Positions 40,001 to 55,599 of a stretch of 64,000 nt of DNA are shown here, in pieces; the stretch's first letter is position 1; every line of letters starts with the position of its first letter. The stretch lies in assembly GCA_951406725.2 (NCBI GenBank), contig OX597821.1, positions 68,448,001-68,512,000 on the forward strand. Reading direction: 5' to 3'. Made by a program: the position numbers and the translations under genes. The notes beneath the pieces are model-generated. The model was not told where the DNA came from. It worked only from the letters and a program-made list of their open reading frames with translations, and did not search any database. This DNA comes from Octopus vulgaris (lineage: Eukaryota).

Positions 40001-40029
40001 TAATCATAGTTACTAGATACCTAATGAAA

Positions 40030-40560
40030 AGAAGATGATTGGCTTCTCATAAGGGCAGTACTTACCTGTTTCCACATATAATCGAACACCTTGGAAATAA
40101 GCCATCGTTACATTGATGAAGATTGTTAAATTTAAACAAAGCTCTTATCATAACCTTTCTAAATTTATTCATGATGTGGTCGATCATTTTTGTCATGCCT
40201 TCCAAGCCAAGATCTCTGTAAAAATTTGGTATGTGGGTGATGCTTCTTCTTAAAAATATCGACGATAAACAGTGCAACGAGTTCATCAACCGCCACTCCA
40301 TCAAATATGTCCATAGAATCGTCTAGCAGTGTGTTTCCCTTCTTTTTGATATATTAGGAAGAGTACAACAATGACTCTCCAAGATTTCATACTTTTCAAA
40401 TGTAGAGGTCGCTGATCATAGAAAATTGTTCTCTGAATTCCAGTGAGATTTTGATAGGTATAGTAAAACACTGCAATATCAAACTGATTAAGTGTACAGG
40501 CAATTTTGCTTTCAATGCCGTAGACAAAATTGACTCTCGCGGTAGTATTCTTCCATTGAT
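40030..40560 (-). pseudogene. Decayed Penelope-like RT fragment (Naiad/Chlamys-like motifs)
   Basis: Across frames: QFDIAVFY...MDIFDGVAVDELVALFI...FYRDLGL...TGKYCPYEKP, matching QFDI..FY / MG.FDGAE.CELVGLFI / YRDDGL / G.Y.PY.KP. Confidence 0.6.
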
Positions 40561-41052
40561 CTAATCTCAGAGCTTTTGATTTTCAGGCTGGTAATATCAA
40601 TAATACGGACTACATTAGGGACTGGAGGGGGCAATTGAAATTAAGGGTAGTATGTGGGTTATACGGTGAGGTGGTACTTGCGAACTTCTAACAGACTGAT
40701 TGGTTGCCTCCAGTGTTTATCGCTTTGTATGTGTATGTTGGAAGCTGGTTTTTTCTTGTCTTACAAGCCACAATCGAAAACATTACAACATTCAATGCTC
40801 AATGCCTATCGCAATAACCCATCTACAATTGACGAAATGAAATCATATATCCACTGAGAGAATTTTACATGTTCATAGCCTTGATACATAAAGCTACACT
40901 CAACTACCGGATGGTATTCAAACGAAATATGATATACCACCGACGAATTCAAATGGCGTGACAGTGAATTTCCACACACACACACACTCACACACTTAAA
41001 CAGACACAGAAACACACACACACATTCACATGCAGTTTGTAAATATTTAAAC

Positions 41053-41326
41053 CAGTAGTTTTCGACCATTTTTTGCCTACGAACATCTTCGATTCCTGCT
41101 TTATTCTACTGGACCCCCAAAGCCATTTCAAGTTTTAAAACCTCCCATTATATTTTCATTATTAAATATTATAAGGAATTGTATAGAAAAAATTGTTAAA
41201 ATACTTCGTGAATTGTAGAAATATAAATAATTCATCGCACATAACTTTTAACGACTAAATCTTATATGGATCCGAGGGATTGAATGGATCCTCTAGGGTC
41301 ATATGGACCACGGTTTAGAACAACTG
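41053..41326. mobile_element. hAT (Charlie-like) MITE
   Basis: Ends cagtagttttcgacc / ggtttagaacaactg; reverse-complement similarity to 44996-45263. Confidence 0.7.
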
Positions 41327-41460
41327 ATTTAGACCAACATAAGGCTCATTGGGATTTTTTTTTTTTGTATTCTCTCAGAGTTACGCTGTCACTTTTTGCT
41401 CTTATGTGTGCTGTGCGCTTAGTCGTGTGTGTAGACACGAAAGGATATAAATATACAGGA

Positions 41461-41579
<119 letters not shown>

Positions 41580-41708
41580 TCTGTCGCTGGTGTAACAAGG
41601 GTATACGTGGGAACCGTTCATTTCTTTGGCAGGCATCTACATCTGATGATTATCAAATTATATTTATATCAATACCGATTTCAATATGTATATGTATGTG
41701 TGTATGTC

Positions 41709-42900
<1,192 letters not shown>

Positions 42901-44064
42901 GGCAAGTTGGTACTTGACAACAGTTTTCTTGAGATTGACTGGCGACTAAACCAGATACATACATACATACATACATACATACATACATACATACATACAT
43001 GCATGCATGCATACATACATACATACATACATACATACATACATACATACATACATACATACATACATACATACATACATACATACATACTTGTATATAT
43101 ATGTATTTTTATTTTATTTTATTTTTATTTTATTTAGTTTCAGCTCACGAGCTGTGGCCATGCTGTATATATATATACACACAGACATATATGTGTGTGT
43201 ATATACTTACATATATACATATAAGTATATGTGTGTCTATGTATGTATGCATGCATGTATGTATGTTTCTATCTATCTATCTACACTCACAAACGCACAT
43301 ACACAGATACAGTTAATCTGTAAATATACTTTCATACATGTTAGATGCATGTTCATGTATGTATGCATGGAAACGTATAAATGTGCGGTGTGCCTACATG
43401 TATGTATGTATGTATGTATGTATGTATGTATGTATGTATGTATGTATGTATGTATCTATGTATCTATGTATGTATGTATGCATTATGTACTTGTGCATGT
43501 GCATGCATACACGCATGTATGTATGTACGTGTATATATTGAAAGATGAATGGCTGATAGATACAGTACACATACGCGCACACAAATACACACAAACACAC
43601 ATAGTACACACACAAACATACAAGTACAAACATACACACACTCACACAAGCTCTTAGGTACATACAGAATGTAAATGTAAAATTCTAAATACGTTGCTTG
43701 ACGCATTGATATATGGACGGATGGGTTTTATGGCTAGCTTTACGGATTTCAAATGGCCTAATAAAGGGCATTGACCTTCTCCATCTACGCTGTCATGGAG
43801 ATCGATGTTGTTGTTAACTCCATATAAAGAGTCTTTGGTTTCTGTTTTCTGCTTTCTTCTCACCTGCATCCATCTTATCTTACTTATAACAGTGTCATTC
43901 ACCTTATCTTACAACGAACGAAGGAGCCTTTACGTAGTTACATAGTCGTTCGATCTGCTGAAAAATAAAAGCTATATCTCTCTCAAATACCATCCAATCA
44001 ATTTAAAATTATGTACACAATAGCTAATGTATTCTGAGTAAATAATCGTTTCTACTCTAGGCAC

Positions 44065-44381
44065 TGTGGAGGCGCAATGGCCCAGTGGTTAGGGCAGCGG
44101 ACTCGCGGTCGGAGGATCGCGGTTTCGATTCCAAGACCGGGCGTTGTGTGTGTTTATTGAGCGAAAACACCTAAAGCTCCACGAGTCTCCGGCAGGGAGT
44201 GGTGGCGACTCCTGTTGTACTCTTTCGCCCCAACTTTCTTTCACTCTTTCTTCCTGTTTCTTGAGTAACGCTGCGATAGACTGGTGTCCCGTCCAGCTGG
44301 GGGAAGCACATACGCCACAGAAACCGGGAACCCGGGCTCATGAGCCTGGCTAGGCTTGAAAAGGGCGCATAAATAAATAAA
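44065..44381 (+). mobile_element. tRNA-derived SINE, family D
   Basis: ggcccagtggttagggcagcggactcgcggtc...ggtttcgattcc head; (TAAA)n tail; probable TSD actctaggcact on both sides. Confidence 0.85.
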
Positions 44382-44571
44382 AACTCTAGGCACTACGATT
44401 GAAATTTCTGAGTAAGGGGCTACTCGATTACATCGACCCTTGTGCTCGACGGATGCTTGTTTTATCGACTCCCAAAGGATGAAAGGCAAAGCTGAGTCCG
44501 ACGGAATTTGTACTCAGGACATTAAGACTTTACTCTGGGTAAATAAAACAGTAAAAAGAGTAAGGATACCC

Positions 44572-44900
44572 ACTTCGGTCATGAATGACCATGGGATTGC
44601 ACCTAGAACATTTCTCTCTGAGGCACAAGTTCGGGCAAGGTTGTTTATGGAAGACCAGCAATCGCCGATGCATACCAGCCTCCTCTCTCCACACCACTGA
44701 TGTTATCCAAACGAGAGGCAAAGACCGATACAGCTTGGCAGCAGTGACATCGCAACTTATTTCTACAGCTGAGTGAACTGGAGCAACATGGAATAAAGTG
44801 TCTTACTCAAGAATACAACATACAGCCAAGTCGGGGAATCGAAATCGTTACATCATGTTTGTGAGCCTGACACTCTAACCAATGAGCCATGCGCCTTCAC
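44572..44900 (-). mobile_element. SINE family C
   Basis: Reverse complement of 23642-23981. Confidence 0.8.
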
Positions 44901-44995
44901 CTTGGGTAAATAATGACTAACAAAATTTGTGATAGTCATAACTGTATTGTCCGTCACCATAGGTCTTCTGGATCAAGGTTGACATTGGGCTAAAC

Positions 44996-45263
44996 CAGTG
45001 GTTCTCAACCGAAGTTCATATGACCCTTGGAAGGGTCTATTTAAGATTTTGTTGTTAAAATTTATGTGTAATAAATTAGTTATACTTCTGCAATACACAA
45101 AATATCTTTAACAATCTTTTTTTATACAATTCCAAATATTTAACTATTAAGATATAATAGTTTGTTTTTGTTTTTGTTTTTTTATATCGAATGACTATGA
45201 AGGTCCATCCGAATAGAATAGAAACCAAAGGATTCCATAGGAAAAAGGTGGTTGAGAATCACT
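44996..45263. mobile_element. hAT (Charlie-like) MITE
   Basis: TIRs cagtggttctcaacc / ggttgagaatcactg. Confidence 0.8.
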
Positions 45264-45500
45264 GCGCCAAGCAACAACAAACAGACACGTTCGTGTATGC
45301 TTTGAAGATCATCCCTGAAATATCATCCTCTTAGTTCTCGCCCTCTTCCTACATCAACATTGTTCTCCTCAGCATTTATTCTCGACTTTTAAAACGACAT
45401 ACTAACTGAATGTCCAAATCTTTGTACCTATCTCATCTGTTCTATTGTTTCAGACATTGGGTTGCGGTCATACTGGGGTACCGTTTCGAAGAGTTTAGTC

Positions 45501-45772
45501 CCGGTGGTTCCTAAAGTGGGCTGGGGAAATATCCAGGATGGCGTTGAAGAAAAATGGGGCGATAATTGGGTGACCAAAATGGGGTAATGAATGTAAAAAC
45601 AAAACAAACAAAATAAAGAGTTTAATCAGGTTAAGTTTTTTTTTTGTGAAATACTGTTGTTTTGAATTTGCTGCAGAAAATGGTCAATGTCTATGATGGT
45701 GGGCAGGGGGAAGGCACTAGGAATGTGGCTCCCCTAAGGGGGTGGAAGCCTGATAAAGTTTGGGAACTACTG
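45501..45772. mobile_element. hAT MITE inserted in a SINE B tail
   Basis: TIRs cggtggttcctaaa / tttgggaactactg; gtttagtc duplicated on both sides. Confidence 0.75.
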
Positions 45773-46143
45773 GTTTAGTCGATTACTTGACTCCAATGCT
45801 TACTCCCTTCCCCTCCCCTTTTTTTTACATTGCTTCAGTCATTAGAATACAACTATGCTATGGCATCGCTTTGAAGAATTTTAGTCGAACGAATTGACCC
45901 CAGTTCTTACATTTCTAAGCCTAGTACATATTCTATCGGTGTCTTTTGCTGAACTGTTCAGTTATGAGGGCGTAAACTCGCCAACACCAATTGTCAATGT
46001 GTGGTGGGTAGACAAACACAGAAACAAAGATGCGCACACATCAGAAGCCTGCACCAGACTCCTGTAACAGTTTTAACAGGATTTTTACAGTTGGTTGCTT
46101 TTCCTATCACCAACCACTCAGCAGAGTGGACTTAGTGATTTTT

Positions 46144-46198
46144 ACGTGGCACATGCACAAAACGTGGCACATGCACAAAACGTGGCACATGCACAAAA
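46144..46198. repeat. 3 x 18-bp tandem repeat (acgtggcacatgcacaaa)
   Basis: Read directly from the sequence. Confidence 0.95.
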
Positions 46199-46911
46199 CC
46201 TCGGTTTTGGCAAGGTTTTTACAGTTGGATGCCCTTCCAAACGCCAACCACTTTACAGAGAGGACTGGATGGTTTTCAGTGGCAGCTGCATTGACAAGGT
46301 CACCAAATACTTGCAAGACAAAAAATCTCTTCTGAGAGGGGTGGGGGCAATGGAGGAGGTCATACACACATATGTGTGTGTGCGTGTGCGTGTGTGTGTG
46401 TGTGTCTGCGTGTGTGTGTGTGTGTGTGTATTTGTTTACAGGAAACGTTTTGAATATGCAAATAAAGCTCCTATTTATTATGCCGACCACAGTTTAACGA
46501 TGCTGATTGGTGGGGAGATGGTATACATGTTATACATGGCCGATCGCTAGTCTTCCATAAACCACCTTGCCCAGACTTGTGCCTTGGAGGGGAACTTTCT
46601 AGGTACAATCACATGGCCATTCATGACCGAAGGAGGTCTTTACTCTTAAGAGACATCTGATTTGTGGAAACGCGCGTAGCGATGCATTAAATGTTTATAA
46701 ATTCCATCCAAGGGTAATTGGCATTATTAATATATATATATATATATATATGCCACTGGCTTCTTTCAGTTTCCTTAAATCAAGTCCACTCACAAAGTTT
46801 TGGTAGCCCGAAGCTATAGTAGAAGACACTTGCCCAAAGTGCCAAGAACCATGTGGTTGGGAAAGAAACCTCCTTACCACGCAGCCACGTCTTGGACTAA
46901 TCTTTTAATAC

Positions 46912-47348
46912 GTTCTTTTCTACACAAGACCCAAAATTTTGGGGGAGAGGGCCAGTCGATTAGATCGACCCCAGTGCGTAACTAGTACTTAATTTATCGA
47001 TCCCAATTGGATGAAAGGCAAAGTCGACCTCGGACAAATTTGAACTCAGAACGTAAAGACAGACGAAATACCTATTTCTTTACCTATCTCATCTGTTCTA
47101 TTGTTTCAGACATTGGGTTGCGGTCATACTGGGGTACCGTTTCGAAGGGGGCTAAACACAGAGAGGACAAACGGATTAAGTCGATTATATCGACTCCAGT
47201 GCGTAACTGCTACTTAATTTATCGACCCCGAGAGGTTGAAAGGTAAAGTCGACCTAGGCGGAATTTAAACTCAGAACGTAACGGCAGACGAAATACGGCT
47301 GCGCATTTCACCCGGCGTGCTTAACGTTTCTGCCAGCTCGCCGCCTTA
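46912..47348 (-). mobile_element. Compound SINE family A with a 67-bp foreign insert
   Basis: Two fused copies; 47081-47147 is copied from 45425-45491. Confidence 0.85.
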
Positions 47349-47569
47349 ATGTTTTAATACATTAAATATTAATGTATTATTTCTTTATTAAGAGCTAGCA
47401 TTGGAGTATGATATATTTTGGGAGGGACGTGGTTTCTATTTCTAGCAGGTTGGTGATTACGTGAGGGTTCTTTGCTCAAATCGATCAAAATAAAAGTTTG
47501 ACGGAATTGGTTATATTTAGCAAGGTCGAAGAGTTTTTTCTTTTTTTCTCCCAATATCCTTCTTTGTTA

Positions 47570-47625
<56 letters not shown>

Positions 47626-47745
47626 GACCATTAGAAGTTTAACATTTGTATACCTCTTATGATTCACAATAGATAGCAACCAGACAACAAAGATAAAAAA
47701 TCAAGGATACACACATATGCACACACACACAAACACAGACGCGCG

Positions 47746-47788
<43 letters not shown>

Positions 47789-47798
47789 GTACGTATAC

Positions 47799-47831
<33 letters not shown>

Positions 47832-48075
47832 TTATATATATATATAAGACAGACAGAGCGAGAGAGAAAGAGAGAGAGTAGGATAGAGAGGGAGAGTGAA
47901 GAGAAGAGTGAGAGAGAAGTAGGGAGTGAGTGTTGTGTGGGGCTGCGAAATTTGGTGACGATAAGAATTTATTCCAGCCGAATAATTACTTTTCCAAAAG
48001 GCTAACAGCTAGGATTGTTATCTTGGCCGTGTGGATTTAGCGATGTCTATCTTGCCCAAAGAAAAGAGCAAAGGA

Positions 48076-48126
<51 letters not shown>

Positions 48127-48209
48127 GAGAGAAGGGGAAGAGGAGTAGGAGGAGGAGGACTAAGTTTGCAGCTGAGAAATATTTATGGGATTAGGTCGGA
48201 GGTTAGGAC

Positions 48210-48283
<74 letters not shown>

Positions 48284-48656
48284 GTAATAGTAATTGTAAC
48301 TTGGGCGGGAAATAGATTTGTCTATGTTAATAGTAGATGTGTAAGACAATGGCATTGATAGGAGTGTTTTATTTTTTCATAGTCTCAATGGGAGAAAGAA
48401 GACCGGAAGGGGAAAGGGGGGGAAAGGGAAAGCAGGGGCTTTTTGGAAAGGGGTGAAAAGGGTGAGAGAGTTTGTGGAGGGGACAGAGCGGTGTATAAAG
48501 AGGATTTGAAAGAGGGTTGAAGACGGTGGGAGAAAGAAGAGAAGAGGATTACGAAACTGATGAGGAGGAGAGGGGGTGGGGTGGGGGAAATTAATGGTCG
48601 TGCCACATTACCATAGGACACGAATAGCAAGTAGATTTATCTCCTTTCCCTCTCTG

Positions 48657-48688
<32 letters not shown>

Positions 48689-48834
48689 GTTCTCTCTCTC
48701 TGTCGACACTATTACAACCTACATGCACACTTATACATATGTCTGCGCGCCAGTGCAAGCGCGCATGTGTGTACGCTTCCGCATACCCCGCGTGAGCGTA
48801 TGCATGCGTGTGCATGTATGTGTGTGTGTATGGC

Positions 48835-49240
48835 TATAAGTGTGTGTATGTGTGTTGGCATGTATGACTGTACGTGTGAGTGCGTGTGCAAGCGTGTATG
48901 ACTGTACGTGTATTTGTATGCATGTATGACTTACGTGTGTATGCGTGTATATCTGTATGTGTGTATGCGTGTGTGTCTGTATGTGTGTGTGTGCGTGTAT
49001 GATTGTATATGTATGTATGTGCGTGTATGACTTACGTGTGTGTGTGTGCGTGTATGTCTGTATGTGAATATTTGACTGTACGTGTGTGTACGTGCGTGTA
49101 CGACTGTACGTGTGAGTGTGTGTGTGTGTGCGTGTATGACTGTACGTGTATGTGTGTGTATGACTGTACGTGTGTCTGTGTGCGTACGTGTATGACTGTA
49201 CGTGTATCTGTGTCCGTACGTGTATGACTGTATGTGCTTG
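48835..49240. repeat. Degenerate minisatellite (gtgtatgactgtacgtgt)
   Basis: About 10 recurrences of gact(g/t)(t/a)acgtg within a (TG)-rich tract. Confidence 0.75.
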
Positions 49241-49574
49241 TGTGTATGTGTGTATGTGTGTGTGTGCGCGTTTTACGATCAATCTACGGTTGATCAAAGA
49301 AGAAAGTTGATTATATTTTAAAAACCAATGAAACTGAACAAAAGTATGAGTTAACTTCCATCACGCTTAGCTTGCCGCCAGTAACAGGCTGTTTTTCCTT
49401 CTCACGTTGTTCCTCCTCCCCCTCCTCCTCTTCGCCTCCTCCTCCTCCTCCTGCTGCTGCTGCTGTTGTTGTAGCCACAGGTACAACTCTAATCGAGCGT
49501 AAACTTATGGTCAAAAGTATTTCAGCAGCTTTGACCATCCCGTTTATTTTCCAAATATATCTGGGTTTTTTTTT

Positions 49575-50033
<459 letters not shown>

Positions 50034-50244
50034 AAACACTATTTTGTTGAATATGTCCATTTCTTTATTAAAGTGTCAAAATGTGATTATGAGGAAATGC
50101 GGCTACGATTTCCAGAAAGTCGAGCGACCACATAGACATTCCGGAAAGCTTTCCGCCCGTTCCCCCTCCCCATTTCTCCCAAATTTGTTTATTTTTGTTA
50201 TTTTTTGCCAAAAAAATCCCCGTTTTCGGATATGGAGATTCAGG

Positions 50245-50343
<99 letters not shown>

Positions 50344-50344
50344 G

Positions 50345-50718
50345 AGGCGTAGGAGTGGCTGTGTGGTAAGTAGCTTGCTTACGAACAACATGGTTCCGGG
50401 CGCCTGGCACCTTGGGCAAGTGTCTTCAACTAATAGTCTCAGGGCGACCAAAGAAGCCCGTCGTATATATCTCTCTCTATATATGTATGTATGTGCTTAT
50501 GTTTGTGTCTCTGTTTGTCCCCGCCCCCAACGTCGCTTGACAACCGATGCTGGTGTGTTTACGTCCCCGTTAATTAGAGGTTCGGCAAAAGATGCCGATA
50601 GAATAAGTACTAGGCTTACAAAGTATAAGTCCTGGGGTCGATTTGCTCGACTAAAGGCGGTGCACCAGCATGACCACAGTTATATGACTGAAACAAGTTA
50701 AAGAGTTAAAGAGTAAAG
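50345..50718 (+). mobile_element. SINE family B (internal deletions)
   Basis: ggcgtaggagtggctgtgtggtaagtagc head through to aaagag tail. Confidence 0.85.
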
Positions 50719-51067
50719 ATATGTGTGTGTTTGTATGTGTGTGTGTGTTTGTGTGAGTGTGTGAATGTGTGTGTGTGCGTGTGTGTATGTATATGTATAC
50801 ACTGAATAAGAAACAAAGACGTAACAGCTAAAATTTGACCACAAACAAATCAACACGAGACTACTGATGCCTAAGGTCAAAAATCCCTTAGCGAGAAAGT
50901 CTACACAAATTCAATCGCTATATAAGAAATACAACAAACGCCAAATATATTCAGTTCAATTCTTGCTAATGAGATTGTGAAAGTCTAGAAACGTCGGATA
51001 TGGATTTAGGCACTCTGTTGTTCCAAACCAAATCTATAAATCTAATCAGAAGATATGGAAAATATAA

Positions 51068-51597
51068 TATTGGGTTGTCCGGAAAGTTTGTGCTGATATA
51101 TTTTAGACTTATTTTAGAACATGGTTGAATCCATAAAATAGGATTTGACTACACCTCCATTTAGAGCACAGTTTAAGCTATCTTTTCGTGGAAGAAGCTT
51201 TATGTTCCTATAACCTGTGTTAATTCTGTATGATAAGAAAGTTCATTTTCGGCACTTGATGCTTTGGGAGCTAGACAGAAATTGCTGCAGCTCGGCTAGG
51301 ATATGTTACCCCACCCTCCATATTCACCAGATGTTGTTCCTTCGGATTTCCACTTATTCAGTTCTCTGCAGAATAGTCTTAATGGTAAAAATTTCAACTC
51401 CTTCGATGATGTAAAAAGATACCTTGATGAATTCTTTGCCATGAAACCACCTCAATTCTGGGAAGAGGTTATTTTCAAGTTAAAGGAAAGATGGAGATGC
51501 ATTGTGCAACAAAATGGTTCATATTTGGTTGATTAAAAATGTAATGGCATGTATTTATTGAGCTTTTCCTTTCCATTAAAAATCGGACAACCCAATA
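51068..51597 (+). mobile_element. Internally deleted mariner element
   Basis: TIRs tattgggttgtccg / cggacaacccaata; ORF LPHPPYSPDVVPSDFHLF...RWRCIVQQNGSY. Confidence 0.9.
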
Positions 51598-53026
51598 TTA
51601 AAAAGAGATAACTTGAACATTTGTAACATTATCGTGTGTTTAATGAACCATATAATGTGTGTGTGCGTGTGTGCGTGTGTGCGCGCGTATGTGTGTGTTT
51701 AAAGGAAATGGGCTAAGAGAAGTAACTTAAACTGTCCAATGACACGAATTTTGACAACAAAGGTGTCATGGATACCTTACAAGACAAATTCAGGATTTAT
51801 TGAAATTATCTTTCCTTGAAGAGAAAGTTAACAAATACCTAGCAGTAATTGCAACTGACACTGAAACACAAACACTGACTTTTGTTGTATCAAAATATTG
51901 AAAATGAACTTCTGAAGTAAAATTTGTACATAAAATATTTATTATGCAAATATTCATTTTAGAATCGTTAACTAAAATAACGTTCATAATCATTATTTTC
52001 ATTGGTTTATTGTAATTTATAACACTGAAAATGACAATTTCATATAAATTGAAGATTTTACACAAACATCGGTGATCTAGAAGTTTCATTCTGCAATTTT
52101 CTCAACAATTTCAGTAAGATTTAGACATAAAAGAGGAACAAAGAGGTAAAGAATTGTATTGAAATCGTTGGTGAAAATATCTGATGTCTTCAATGTCTAT
52201 CAAATTGATGTTTATCCTATATAATGAAAATATGGCTAAAGTAGAAATTTTGTAATTTTTTGTAAAATACTTTCGCCACCTCCATTATCAGTGTATTTTG
52301 GCATTATTGTAATTGATAGGTAAACAGTATTCTTTAGATTGAAAACATATATTTATTGCAAATATACAAATGAGAAATTTGTTTTATGTAATCTTATTTT
52401 AAGTTTTAACAAATATTTTTATTTTCAAAATTAGATTAATTCCATTGTTTTGTATAAACACCGTAAAATTTGAAAAGAACTAACATTATTATTATTTGTA
52501 GCTACGCAATATTATTTGATATTATCTTCAATGACAAAAGTACGTTACCAGTTCAAATCCCACCGAAGAAAACTTCGCTTCCATTATTCAATGATTGATA
52601 AAATAAAGTAGCAGTCAAACACTGAGGTAAATGCAACTTGCTGTGCCCTATCTTCAAACTTGTTAGCCGTGTGCCAAATTAATTAGTCATCATTTCCTTA
52701 TTTTGTATAAGCACAATGAAAATTAAAATGAAATAAGATTATAATTATTGTACCTATGCAGCATTACAGATAGTACTCGGAGTAGCCAAACAATATTCCC
52801 GTTGATAGCCACCATTTGATGAGTATCATCTCAAAAATACAGAATGTGTGTGTGCATGTGTGTGTGTATGTGTGTAAATAGATAGAGAGAGAGAGAGAGA
52901 GGGGGAGAGAGAGAGACTGAGAGAGAGACGACAGATAGACAGACAGACGGACGGACGGACGGACGGACGGACGGACGGATGGGTGGGTGGGTGATTGGGT
53001 GGTGGATGGGTGGTTGGACGGATGGG

Positions 53027-53102
<76 letters not shown>

Positions 53103-53123
53103 CAGACCGATAGACAGACAGAC

Positions 53124-53211
<88 letters not shown>

Positions 53212-53341
53212 TAACCCTAGCCCTAACCCTAACGCTAACTCTCAACACATTTGGTAGGGATTACAAATACTGATTTAATTTAACAGTTTCACTCAGCTCC
53301 ATAATTTCTTATATATATACATGCATACATACATACATACA

Positions 53342-53404
<63 letters not shown>

Positions 53405-53407
<3 letters not shown>

Positions 53408-53464
53408 AATGGGGAGTAGATAGACAGCCGACAACTGATGAAGGGTCATTCTTTGTATTACTTG

Positions 53465-53532
<68 letters not shown>

Positions 53533-53600
53533 GTTGCGTATTTAGCTCATTTGTTCTCGTATTTCATGTTGCTTACTGTTGGTGACGTCCTGTACCCATA
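53405..53600 (+). mobile_element. Possible PLE-pLTR remnant
   Basis: gacaa-CTGATGA-agggtcattcttt...ttgtc (stem I and CUGAUGA present, GAAA missing); follows (TA)n. Confidence 0.35.
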
Positions 53601-54029
53601 TATGCATACATATATATATGCACGTGTGTGTGTGTGTAACATTTATATTATATGTATATATACATATATATATAATACATACATACATATAATATATATA
53701 TATATATAATATACATACATTCATACATACAGGAGGAGTGAGATAAACAGAGAGAGAGAGAAAGAAAGAAATACTGGTATATCAAATATCATATGACATA
53801 GATTCTTGTAATTAAAATTATCTCTCCCTCAAGAAGATGTGTCACAATTACAAAATGGCAATTACAAGCCACAATCGAAAACATGACAACATTCAATGCT
53901 CAATGCCTACCTCAATAATCCACCTACAATTGCCGAGATGAAATCACTTATCCACTGAGGGAATTTTACTTGTCCATTGCCTTGATACATTAAGCTACAC
54001 TCAACTACCAGATGGTATATATATATATA

Positions 54030-54245
54030 TAGTCAATCCAAACACGAACAAGCAAGGAAAAACAGCAACGTGAGGACGTGGAACAAGTACTGTGTTGTTG
54101 GACGCTCAGGAAAGTAAAGGAAAGAAAAAGGATTACATGCTTCGAGCAGAGCTCTTTATCAGAAATATAGAAAAAGTCCAAAGAAGGGAAGACGGAGAAA
54201 GAAAATCGCCAACGATACACACGCGGTCACATATTGAAATGACCG
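54030..54245 (-). mobile_element. Diverged copy of the 13269/35820 PLE-like element
   Basis: Colinear similarity; hammerhead core mutated (CTGATAA...GAAG). Confidence 0.6.
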
Positions 54246-54359
54246 GAAGGGAATGAGTGAAGAAAAAGTTTTCTACGACAGGAGATTGCAAAAGAAGGAG
54301 GTATGTGTGGGTATGTGCGTGCGCGCAGGTCTGTGTGTGTATGTGTGTGTTTGTAATGA

Positions 54360-55095
54360 TTCTTCCAATCGTCCAATGTACGGAGCTTATGCCCATACAT
54401 ACGTGCATTCAGGCTTCCCCACAAGAAATACTCACGCATGGACAAATCAGGGGACCGAGGCGGCCAACCAATGTCAGCAAACCTGGAAATGAGGCGGTCA
54501 CCGAAGAGAGGGCGGAGAACGTCCATTGAAGCTCTGGCTGTGTGGGCCGTCGCCCCATCCTGCTGAAACCACATACGTCGAATAGGCATACGTTTTCATC
54601 GTAATTCATGCACACTGAAGTTGTTTATCATCTCGATGTAACGCTTTGAGTTCACAGTAACAGCATTTCCATTATCGTCTTCAAAAAATAAGGACCAATG
54701 ACGGCTGTTTTTCCAACCGCACACCAGACCGTCACTTTTGGGCTATGCAGTGGTCTTTCGTGCAGTTCTCTCGGATTTCAAGAGCCCAATAACAACAGTT
54801 CTTTTGATTCATTATGTCATTGAGATGAAAAAGAGCAACGGCGGCCTGATTCCAGTGAATGTTGAAGTGACGCCGAAACTCACGCTGAACTGCTGCGACA
54901 GACTCATTATTCTTCTCGTAACTGTCGAAGGCAAACACGCGATGCTCTATCGTCCACAGCGCCATGGCTTCACCTGAAAAGAAAAAAAAAATGCTAGGAC
55001 ACCACTGACCGAATGGTACCTATTGGACATGGTACCTGAGGCTGAATAATAGCCATTTCAAAAACGTCCGCTCTCTCTCTCTGCCCCACCCTGTA
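54360..55095 (-). mobile_element. Decayed Tc1/mariner-superfamily transposon (DUF4817-type N-terminus)
   Basis: N-terminal HRVFAFDSY...SVAAVQREFRRHF; WFQQDGATAH...WPPRSPDLS; end tacagggtgggg on the minus strand. Confidence 0.85.
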
Positions 55096-55599
55096 GCATC
55101 AGCAGCTGTTGTTATCGCTGTTACTTACCATGTAACAAACTTGATATAGTTGACCTAAGATCAGAGACATTCCAACCGTGACCATCCCAAAATTTTATGA
55201 ACGAATAGCTCTGGCTACACTATCCAAAGTTTCCTTTCTTTTTTCTAAGACGGTGTAATGAGATTCGAGTGAGTTTTGGCTGCTAGTTCTAGCAAATCGG
55301 AATACCACACAGTGATCCCTTTGTTAACTCATGCCAGTTGCTGTTGTAAGCAGCAGTGGTGATAACTGAAGACGTTGTGAAGTTAGAAGGGAGCGATTAG
55401 TGATGGAGATGGTGGTGGAGATGGTGGTGGAGACGGTGGCACTGTTGGCTGCGCCGCTGATGGCGACAGCGATGGAGAGGAAGGTGGTGATTGTAATGGT
55501 AGGGATGGGGTGATGGTGGAGAAAGATTCTTACGTGAAATGCATCCTATGGAATGGATTTCCTAGAATTAAAGACAGAATCGATTATCACGAAACACTT

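Noticed and set aside
44070-44140. tRNA gene (also 23645-23715 and 22555-22630)
   Set aside because: The tRNA-like heads run straight into SINE bodies and lack a proper acceptor stem and terminator
51720-52330. Possible hAT transposase remnant or 99-aa ORF
   Set aside because: Only a weak LSNDT match; not supportable
53211-53242. Interstitial telomere (CCCTAA)n
   Set aside because: Only about 4-5 degenerate units; too short to interpret
53426-53466. Functional hammerhead (gacaa-CTGATGA...ttgtc)
   Set aside because: GAAA and stem III are absent; at best a decayed remnant
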